Shown here in pieces: positions 14,749 through 25,545 of a stretch of DNA of 64,000 nucleotides. The DNA comes from Anaeramoeba ignava BMAN (Eukaryota; Protista; Anaeramoebae): contig JAPDFW010000100.1 of NCBI GenBank assembly GCA_028826165.1, forward strand, positions 1-64,000. Reading direction: 5' to 3'. Position 1 is the first letter of the stretch. The number at the start of each line of letters is the position of its first letter. The notes below the pieces were generated by a model. It saw only the letters and a program-made list of their open reading frames with translations. It was not told where the DNA came from and did no database searches. The translations under genes were made by a program, and so were the position numbers.

Positions 14749-15359
14749 TAAAATTAAAATTAAATTAAAATAAATCAAATCAAAATTAAATTAAAATTAA
14801 AATCAAATTAAATCAAATTAAAAAATATTTCCCAAAAAGAAAAAATTAATTATTTCTTTTATTTTTTTTATTTAATTATTTATATTTTTTTTTGATTAAA
14901 TTTAAGAAATAAAAAAGATGAAAAGAAAAAAAAACAACAAATTTAATTTTGATTTTTATTTTGAAATTATTATTTATTTTTGATAATTTAAATTAAAATT
15001 TTTTTTTAAAATTAAATTAAAAAATAATCAATTCAAAATTTTTTATTAAAAAAATAAAAATAAAAAAAAGGAATAAATTTAAATTTTGAATTTTGAAATT
15101 TTAATAATTTAATTTTATTTATAAATTTTTGAATTTTTATAATTTTTAAGAATAAATTAATAAAACAAAACAAAATAATTTTAATTTTAATTTTAATTTT
15201 TCTTTCCATTTTTTTTTTTAAAATAAAAATTAAAAAAGATTAAAAAAAGAAAAAAAAAGGAATTTGATTTATTTTTATTCAATTTAAATTAAACAATTAA
15301 AAATTAATTTTCAAATAAAAAAAAGAAAAATATTAAATAAATAATTAATCAATGTCAAT

Positions 15360-18300
15360 TTAAAATAAAAAAAAAGTGGAATAAATAAAAATAAATAAAA
15401 ATAAATAAAAATAAATTTGATCAAAAAATAAAAAAGAAATAAAAATAAATATCGATATTTTGCTTGATGGAGTGTTTAAACGGAATAAAGTATATTCTTG
15501 TTCAGTTTTTTCAACTTCATCTTTTATTAATTCCTCAATTAGCTTCTTGAACAAATTATTATGAACAGCTAAATAAGTAACAGCTCTACAAACAGAATCC
15601 ATATCATATACTTTGACAACTTTCAACATCCCACTAATAAATCTTAAACTATCTGCTGTAGTAAAAATCAATTCTTCAAGATCTCGAATCGATTCCATTT
15701 TCTTGGCATTTTCACCTTTAAATTGCAAATTATACAATTTCTCTCCATAAACGTAAGGCCCAAAATCATCAGGAGGAGGTGGTGCTTTTACTTCGTTTTT
15801 CTTTCTTCTCACAACCAAAACCACCAAAACAACAATCAAAACCAATCCAAATCCTCCAACACTTGCTCCAACAGCAATAGGAATCGTGTTGTTTACATTG
15901 TTGCTTGTTGTTTGTTGCGGAACAGAAATCTCATACTTCACCAAATAGAAATCTTCTGGCTTCTCTGTATTCGTCAAATTCACAACCAAATAATCAGTCT
16001 GCGCTCCTTCATTCCCTTCATTCGTTATGATCGTGAAGTTTGCTAATTGCTCATCAATTTCTTTCTTGCTTCCGTTCAACATCTTGTTTTGCGTCTCGTT
16101 GAAACTTGATGATTTCATCTCAAATACTGTTAATGAAAGTCTTATTATAAGTTCTGTTTCGTCAGGATCAAAAATATCAAACGAAATCATGAATTGATTT
16201 CCTTGATAAATGAATTCTTTGTTGTTGTTATTGTTTTCACAATCATCATAGCAAATTGCTTGAATTGTTGATTGATGATAAGTTTTTGTAATATCAAAAA
16301 CAATTGTGAAGTTTTTAACTGCTTCTCCATTCTTCATCATAAAACTCAACTCCAATGGATAGAAATAGTAAAGTGGTGCTCTGATATAAACCAACAAAGG
16401 ATTCGCTTCATTGATTGATGTTCCATCTCCTTTTGTGATTACATCCCCCATAGAAATATCACTGTTGTTTACTCGAATACTTGAATTTGAAATATTCTCT
16501 CCAATCCATACAATTTCCCAAATAGAACTTAAATTTCCTGAAAATAAATCTGTAAATGTGAGATTGATTGGTGAATAATAATCTTCAGTTATGTTCCCTT
16601 CTCCTTTATTCATTTCAAGATTAGATGAATTAAGTTTCAATGTGATTTGATTTGTTCTTGAATATCCACTATCTGATCCTAATGTTAGATTAAAAGAAAT
16701 ATCTGGAGAATTATCATTGTTTTGAGATGTCATAATATAATCAAATGTAATATTTCCTGAATTTGAAGCAGAAGAAATATTAGATGTAATTCCATTCGAA
16801 ACAAGTTTTCCATTATAATAAATGATTCCATTCGTGATAGGTGATGATATTGTGAAATTAATAACATTATTTCCTTTTCCATCTTTATAATCTATCGCAA
16901 AACTTTGATTTTCTAAACTTGATAAATTTAATTCAAAATAAAAAGGATAAAATCCAGGACCTCCTGTTACATTTCTAACATCAATTATCAACTCAGATTG
17001 ATGTTTCCATGATGATTTATAATTCAAATCAACAAAAGTAATTGTATATCCAAACAAACATTGAACACTTTGATTTGGTTGAATTGGAGCTAAAATATTA
17101 ATTTTTGAAGAATTAATCGGCAAAGTATAATTAAGTTTAATTTGATCACCTGAATCTGCTGAATACAAATTACAATAATAATATGAAGAATTTGAATTAT
17201 TTGAAGTTATACTAATTTCATAAATTGAAGAATTTGATAAAAGATAAAAATCATTAAAATCAAATAATGAATATTGACTATCATTTAATGTAAGTGTATT
17301 TCTTGATTGATTAAACCAAGCAGGAATTCCAGCTTCATAATTTCCTTTAATTTCTTCACTTGTTAATATTCTTTCATAACTTCCTACATAATAAACCAAA
17401 TGTTCAAATTGTAGAGTATCTATTGGAAAAACATTTGAAATATTTTTAGAAAGATTTCCAAAACCAATTTTAATATTATTAAGATAAACAGATTGATTTC
17501 CAATTTCCCAATTTACAATTAAATGATAATAATCTCCATTTGATAAATCAGGTGTTAATACTGTAAATTTTGATATAAATGATCCTTGTGAAGAAATTCC
17601 AATTCTAAGAGAAGAAGTATTTGAACCTATTGAAATTACTGGATAATAACTTCCTCTAGAAGATGATTCATCATTAATCAAAATATTATTAGATTGATTA
17701 ATATTTGAAAACCAAATCTCAATTGAAAAAGAAGAAGAATTCAAATTAAGATTAATTGCAGTAGGTGAAGATCCAGTTGAAGATTCAATTCCTTTTTTTT
17801 TTAAAATTAAAATTAAAATTAAAATCAAAATTTAAATTAAAATTAAAATTAAAATTAAAATTAAAATTAAAATCAAAATTAAAATTAAAATTAAAATTAA
17901 AATTAAAATTCAAATTAAAATTAAAATTAAAATTAAAATTAAAATTAAAATTAAAATTCAAATTAAAATCAAAATTAAAATTAAAATTAAAATTAAAAAT
18001 TAAAATTAAAATTAAAATTAAAATTAAAATTAAAATTAAAATCCAAAATTAAAATTAAAATTAAATTAAAATTAAAAATCAAAATTAAATTTAAAATTAA
18101 AATTAAAAATTAAAATTAAAATTAAAATTAAAATTAAAATTAAAATTACCTGTATGAGTAACATTATTTTCAATATACCACCAATTTGTATTTTGATTTG
18201 TAACAGTTACATTTACTTCAGATCCATTAGCAAGAAAACAAGGAATTAAATTTCCAGAATATTGATTTTGAAAAGTAAATGAAAAATTAGAAGGAATTAC

Positions 18301-18387
18301 TCTTGAACAAAATGAATTTGATAAAAGAAAAAAAATAAAACAAATTGAAAAAGAAAAAGAAAAAGAAAAAAGATTAAATTTAATCAT
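15360..18387 (-). CDS. Gene A copy 2: LamG-like single-pass receptor with a truncated RasGAP domain (~889 aa; exons 18387-18150 and 17791-15360)
   Basis: Signal peptide MIKFNLF...SFC and a phase-1 GT-AG intron. LamG-like motifs FSIEIWF, HLIVNW, VYLNN, YERILTSEEI. TM IAVGASVGGFGLVLIVVLVVLVV followed by RRKK. TLFRLNTPSSK is followed by a 32-aa hydrophobic tail and a stop. Confidence 0.88.
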
Positions 18388-19264
18388 TTCTTTTTTTTGA
18401 TTGATTAATTGATTAATTGATTAATTGATTGATTGATTAATTGAAAAATTAAATCAAAAAAAAAAATCCAAAAAAAATTTTTCAAACGAAAAATTAAAAA
18501 AAAAAAAGTGAAAAATCAAAATTAAAAAAAAATTTTTTTTTATTTTAAAAAAATCTCAATAAAAATAAATTAAAAATAAATTAAAAAAAAAAAGCAAATT
18601 TATTTTTAATTTAAATTTGACTTTGATTTTAATTTTAAATTTTAATTTTTAATTTTAATTTTAATTTTAATTTTAAATTTAAATGTGGTTATTTAATCAA
18701 TAAAAATAAAAATAAAAAATCCAAAAAAAAAAATTAAATAAATTTAATAAGGCAAAATAAAAGTAAATTTTAATTTTAATTTTAATTTAAATTTTAAAAT
18801 AAAAAAATAAATTTAAAATTTGATCTCTTTTTTTTTTGATTTTTAAATTAAATTAAATTAAATTAAATTAAATTAAATTAAATTAAATTAAATTAAATTA
18901 AATTAAATTAAATTAAATTAGATTAAATTAAATTAAATCAAAAATAAATTAGATCTGATCTTTTTTCTTTTTTTTTTCTTTTTTTATTTTGATTGTTTGA
19001 ATTATTTTTTTTATTTTTTTTGGATTTAAAATTAAATTAAAAAATAAAAATTAAAAAAGAAAATAAAAAGATTTTTTGTTTTTGTTTTTATTTTTATTTT
19101 TTATTTTTGAAATTCATTCAATTGAAAAAAAGAAAAAGAAAAGAAAAGAAAAAAAAATATTTTCCTTTTTTCTTTTTGATTAATTGATTAATTGATTGAT
19201 TGATTAATTGATTGATTGATTGATTAATTGATTGATTGATTGATTAATTGATTGATTAATTGAT

Positions 19265-21226
19265 TCAGAAAAAAAGAAAAAAAGAAAAAAAGAAAATTGA
19301 AATTGAAATTGAAAGAGAATTGAAAAGAAAAGAAGGTGAATTAGAAAAAGGTGAATTTGGAATTGAGATATTAAGTGTTGCAGTTGTTGAATAATAAATT
19401 GTTGAATTGATTTCTTCATAAATTGAATAATTAATTGTAATTATTGTTTCTTTACCTCCAAGAATATAAATCATTTTGGAATTTTGAGGTAATGTTGAGC
19501 CAGTTTTAATAGTAATATATCCTTCTGAATCTGAATAGAAATTTGCACCATTTGCTTCTAAAATATTCTCAATTAATACAGTGAAATTATATTCTTTTAA
19601 AATACTTTCACATTCAAGTTCAATTCCTTCAATTTTTCCAGTTTCTAAATTTACTTTTTGATTATTAACTTGAAGAAAATTTTGAATTATAATATTTTCA
19701 TTACAATTTGTTGAATTTTTTCCTCTATCATTTGTAACAAAATATGAAAAATTAATTAATTGTTGAGATGAATGATTTAAATTTTCTTCATATTCATAAA
19801 TAACACTCCAATTATCAAAAGATCTATAATCAACAATAGTATCATTTGAAATAATTTTTGAACCTTTAGTTTGATTTGAAAGAATTTGATAAATTGATCC
19901 ATTTAAAGGAATTGAATTAATTATTGCATAAACAAGATTTGAATATTGATCATTTCCAATTAAAGAAATTTGACAAGATTTATCAATATTAATACAATAA
20001 GTTGATAAAGAAGAACAATATGGATTTGGATGATTTATTGAAACATTAAATTGAATTGAATAAGGAGGATTTGGAAATGTTGAAAAATTATTAGTTTTAT
20101 CAAAAAGTGAAATATTCCATTTAGCAATATAAGAATCAAGATCAAGATTTCCTTCAAAAAGAAATTGAGAAGATAAATTAACAATTAATTCTTGTTCAAT
20201 ATAAATCAAATTTGTTTTTATTCCATCAAAAAATGTGTAAATAGATCCATAACCTGGTTCAAAAATATCAATTGTTTTCAATATAAATGTATCATTTGTT
20301 TCATTTGTAAAAGATTCAAGACTAATAATATCTATTTATTTTATTTTCAAAAAAATTATTTTTAATTCAAATTTAAATTCAAATTCCAAATAAAATAAAA
20401 TAAAAAAAAAAAATAAAAAAATACCTTTTAATTGAAAAGTTTTGTTTGTTTGAACATTTAATGAATTAATTAAAATTGATGGAGGAGCAGGAGGTGGTCC
20501 ATTATTAAATCTACTTAAAATATATGAAGATGAAAGTTCACTTCCATAAACTCCTAAATACATAAATCTTGACATTACTTCAATATACATTGATTCAGAT
20601 TGACCTTCAAGAATTGTTAAATAATTATTCCCATCAGAATGAATAATTGAATTAATCAAAGTTCCATTATAATAAGTTGAAAAATTTCCATTTTTTTTAT
20701 AAGTAAAAACAATATGATTTAAGAATCCAAATGATGAAATATTGGAATAAAGAAATTTGTAGTTTTGATTTTGATCAAATATCTTAATTTGAATTTGAGG
20801 AGGAGTGATATCTGTGATAGTATTTACAAAAATTAAATAAGAATTTCCTTCAATCCCAAATAGATTATAAAATGAATTATTTGCAGGAGGTTGAAGAAAC
20901 CAAAATTCAAAAGAAGCTTGCTCAGTATATGAAGTTGAATTTAATCCACATCCTTGAGTTAAATCAGAACAATTACAATATATTGAATTGCTAAAAATAG
21001 GATTAGTTTCAGTCATATTAACACCAGAACTAAAAAGTGAAGGATAAAGCCAATTTCCAGAAACACCAGAGAAAAAAAAAGTTTGATCAGGTAAAGAAGC
21101 AGCAATATCACCTTTTCCTTCATTAAATTTAAATTCAAATTGTTTATTAACTTGAGATAATCTAATTTCAATTAAAAAAATCAAAAAAATAAATTGAAAA
21201 AGATTAAATTTAAAATTATTTGCCAT
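19265..21226 (-). CDS. Gene B copy 2: secreted, probably GPI-anchored LamG/ConA-like surface protein (622 aa; exons 21226-20425 and 20331-19265)
   Basis: Signal peptide and motifs SFEFWF, HIVFTY, YYNGTL, VYGSELSSSYI. A phase-1 GT-AG intron joins the two ORFs in frame (802+1067 nt). An Ig/cadherin-like segment (ISLIGND...SIPLNG...FSYFVTN) precedes a terminal hydrophobic tail with no cytoplasmic residues. Confidence 0.88.
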
Positions 21227-21450
21227 TTTTGTTTTGTTTTGTTTGTTTTGTTTTTTTGATTAATTAAAATTTGTTTTTTGTTTTTGTTTTTGAAAAGAAA
21301 AAAAAAATGGATTTTTTAATTTAAAACATTTTTTTTTTCTTAAAAACTCATTAATTAATTAGTCATTTTATTTTAATTTTAATTTTAATAATATTATTTA
21401 ATATTATTTAATTTAATTAAAAAATATATAAAAAAATGGTAAATTTAATC

Positions 21451-21472
21451 AAATCAAGATCAAATCAAGATC
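21451..21472. promoter_or_regulatory. Direct repeat (AAATCAAGATC)x2 about 230 bp upstream of gene B; candidate cis-element
   Basis: Conserved at ~4676, 21451, 37952 and 55113 amid indel-prone flanks. The function is only inferred. Confidence 0.25.
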
Positions 21473-24400
21473 AAATTTAAAACAAAATTTAAAATTAAAA
21501 ACAAAAACAAAAAAAAATTCAAACAAAAAAAAATTTTTTTTTTCAATATAAAATTTAATTTTGATCAATAAATAAATTAAATAAATTAATTAAATAAAAA
21601 GAAAAATTTATTATTTTAAATTTAATTTTAAATAAAAAAGAAAAGGAAATTAAAATTGCTTTTTTTTTTTGGATTTTATTTTTTTTTTGTTTTGGAAATT
21701 TAAAATTAAAATTAAAATTAAAATTAAAATTAAAATTAAAATTAAAATTAAAATTAAATTTAAAATTAAATTTAAAATTAAAATTAAAATTAAAATTAAA
21801 ATTAAAATTAAAATTAAAATTAAAATTAAAATTAAAATTAAAATTAAAATTAAAATTAAAATTAAAATTAAAAATAAAATTAAAATTAAAATTAAAATTA
21901 AAATTAAATATTATTTCTATTTTTATTATTATTTTAAATTTAATTTATTTTAATTTTTCAAAAATCAAAATCAAAAATCAAAATAATTTAAATTTAAAAA
22001 TTTAAAAATAAAATTAATAAATCTTAATAAAATTAAATTAAATAAAATGATCTATTTTTATTTTTATTTTGATTTTTTTTGCCTAATAAATATTTTAAAT
22101 TTAATTTTAATTTAAATTTTATTTTTGAAATGATGAAAAATTATCCAAATTTTTTTATTTTTAAAAAACAAAAAAAAAGAAAATAATTTATTTTAAAAAT
22201 AAAAAGAAATTAAAATAATAAAAATAATAAATTAAATTTAAATTATTTATTTAAATAATTAAATTAAATAAAATATTTATAAATAATTAATCAAAAATTA
22301 ATCCAAAAAAAAAAGAAGAAAAAAAGAAAAGAAGAAAAAAAATTTATTTTTTTATTTTTAATTAAAATTAATAAATAAATAAATAAAAAAAAACTAAATT
22401 AAAAATATCTTATAATAATAAAATATTTAATAATAAAATAATAAATTAAAATTAATTAATTATTTAATTAATAATCAAAATAATTATTAATTATTTATTT
22501 TTAATTTAATTATTAAAAAATTCTCAAAAAAAAAATTATTTTTTTCTTTCTTTTCAAAATAAAAATAAAAATAAAAATAAAAATAAGAATAAAAATAAAA
22601 ATAATCTTTTTAATAATTATTTTGATTAATTTAATAATTATTTAAAATTAAATTATTATTCCAAAATTTATATTTATTTCTTTTTAATAATTTGGAAAAT
22701 TAATTTAATTTTTTTTTTTATTATTTTTTTGGATTTCAAATTTTTTAAATAAAAAATAAAAAAATAAAAAATAAATTTAATCAAATAAAAATAAATATTT
22801 ATTTTTGTTCCACTTTTTTTTTTGATTATATTTTATTTTTTTTTATTTTAAAAATTAAATAAAAAAATTTGATAAATTAAATAATAAATATTTATTTTAT
22901 TCTTATTAAATTTAAATTTAAAGAAAGAAAGAAAGAAAGAAAGAAAGAAATAAGATAATTAAAATATTAAATAAATTTATTATTTGATTTAATTATTTAT
23001 TATTTATTATTTATTATTTTATTATTGTTTTTGTGATTAAGATTTATAAATTTATTTTTTATTTTTTTTTTGATAAATTTAAAAATAATTTTATTTTCTT
23101 TTTCTTTAATTTTTAAATTTAAATTTCTTTTTATTTATATTATTTTTGATAAGTTTTAATTATTTTATTTAAATAAATTTTATTTTTATTTTTATTTTTA
23201 TTTTCATTATTAAATATCAATTTTTTATTTTTATTTTTTAAATCAAAAAAAAATCAAAAAAAAATAAATAAAAAAAAGGGGAATTAAGAAAATTAAATAA
23301 ATAAATAAAAAAAAAAGGAAATGAAATAATTCTCTTAATTATTTTATTTAAATTTAATTATTTTATTTAAAATAATTATTTTTAAAATTTTTGGAATTTT
23401 TTTTGTTTTTTTTGGAATAAAGATTTTATTTTTTATTTTATAAACAAAAAATAAATAAAAATAAAAAATAAGAATAAAAAAAGAATAAATTGGAATTTTT
23501 TATTATTAATGTTTTTTAAAATTAAAATTTATAAATAAAATAAAATTTCTTAAATTAAAATTTTTTGTTTTTTTTTGTTTTTTTTGAAAATAAATTTAAA
23601 TAAAAATAAAAAGAATTTTAAAAAAAACAAAATTAATTACTTAAATTTTAATTTATTCTTATTTTTTTATTTTTGTTTTTGTTTTTATTGTTTATTTTTT
23701 TTGTAAAAATAAATTTTAAAATTTTTTGATTAAATTTTTTGATTTGGATTTTTTTTAATCTTTAATTAATTAAATAAATAAATAAATTAAAATAAAATTT
23801 AATTTAAAATAATTTAATTTTTGAAAATAAAATAAATTATTAATTATTTTATAAATTAAATCTTTAATTAATTAATTTATTTTTATTCCAAATTTTTTAT
23901 TTTTTATTTTTATTTTGGAATGAAAAAATAAAAAAAATAAAAATAAATTAATCAAAAAAAAATAAATTAAATTAAATTAAATTAAATTAATATTAAATAA
24001 ATAAATTAATTTAAAATAAATATTTAATAAATATTTTAAATTTTAAATTTGATTTTTATTATTTTAATTTTTGATTAAATTTATATTAAAATTAATTAAA
24101 TTATTTTATTAATTATTTAATAAGGAAAATAAATAATTAAATTATATTTTATATTATTAATTTATTTCAAAATAATTTATACATTAAAATTAATAATTAT
24201 ATTATTATTTAAAATTATTTTATTTTGTTTTAGAAATTAAATTAATTAAAATTCAAATTAATATTTTTTTTGATTCCAAATTTATATTTGATTTTAAATC
24301 AATTTTAAATTAATTTAGATAATAAAATCTTTTTATAAATTTTATAAATAAATAATTTTATATTTTAAATAATATTTTCTTTTTATTTTTATTATTTTTA

Positions 24401-24494
24401 TTTTTGGAATTTATATTTAATTTTTTTCATTTTTTTTAATTTAGAAAATAAAAAAAAGTGGAATAAAAAGTGGAATAAAAATGAAATAAAAATA

Positions 24495-25545
24495 TTTTAA
24501 AATTATTTTTAATTAAATTTATTATAAAATAATAAATAAATTATAATTAAAAATTAAGTAAAATAATAAATAAAATATTTTAATTAATTTATTTAATTAA
24601 TTTTAATAATAATAATTTAATAATAATAATAAATTCATTTTTAAAATTATTTCTTAATTAAATTTATTACAAAATAATAAATAAATTATAATTAAAAAAT
24701 CAAGTAAAATAATAAATAAAATATTTTAATAAATTTATTTAATTATTTTTAATAATAATAATTTAATATTAATAATAAATTCATTTTTAAAATTATTTCT
24801 TAATTAAATTTATTATAAAATAATAAATAAATTATAATTAAAAATCAAATAAAAATAATAAATAAAATATTTTAATTAATTTATTTAATTATTTTTAATA
24901 ATAATAATTTAATAATAATAATAAATTCATTTTTAAAATTATTTCTTAATTAAATTTATTACAAAATAATAAATAAATTATAATTAAAAATTAAATAAAA
25001 TAATAAATAAAATATTTTTAATAAATTTATTTAATTAATATTAATAATAATAATTTAATATTAATAATAAATTCATTTTTAAAATTATTTCTTAATTAAA
25101 TTTATTACAAAATAATAAATAAATTATAATTAAAAATTAAATAAAATAATAAATAAAATATTTTAATAAATTTATTTAATTAATTTTAATAATAATAATT
25201 TAATATTAATAATAAATTCATTTTTAAAATTATTTTTAATTAAATTTATTATAAAATAATAAATAAATTATAATTAAAAATTAAATAGAATAATAAATAA
25301 AATATTTTAATTAATTTAATTAATTAATTTTAATAATAATAATTTAATATTAATAATAAATTCATTTTTAAAATTATTTCTTAATTAAATTTATTACAAA
25401 ATAATAAATAAATTATAATTAAAAATTAAATAAAATAATAAATAAAATATTTTAATTAATTTAATTAATTATTTTTAATAATAATAATTTAATAATAATA
25501 ATAAATTCATTTTTAAAATTATTTTTTAATTAAATTTATTAATTT
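24495..25545. repeat. ~145-bp tandem repeat, 7 units
   Basis: ttcattttt landmarks at 24634, 24780, 24926, 25072, 25217, 25361 and 25506. Confidence 0.92.

Larger units (their letters stand above)
13153..14820. repeat. Compound AAATT/AAAATT/AAATC/AAAATC microsatellite at the unit boundary, interrupted by a TIR element
   Basis: Read directly. The homologous tracts in the other units are uninterrupted. Confidence 0.9.

Noticed and set aside
15723-16046. Identical 107-aa plus-strand ORF in three units (also 32065 and 49444)
   Set aside because: It is the antisense shadow of the gene A TM region with a TTG start. Duplication explains the conservation.
19265-21226. Diversity-generating retroelement as the source of hypervariability
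   Set aside because: No reverse transcriptase or template repeat is present in the window, and the changes are not restricted to adenines.
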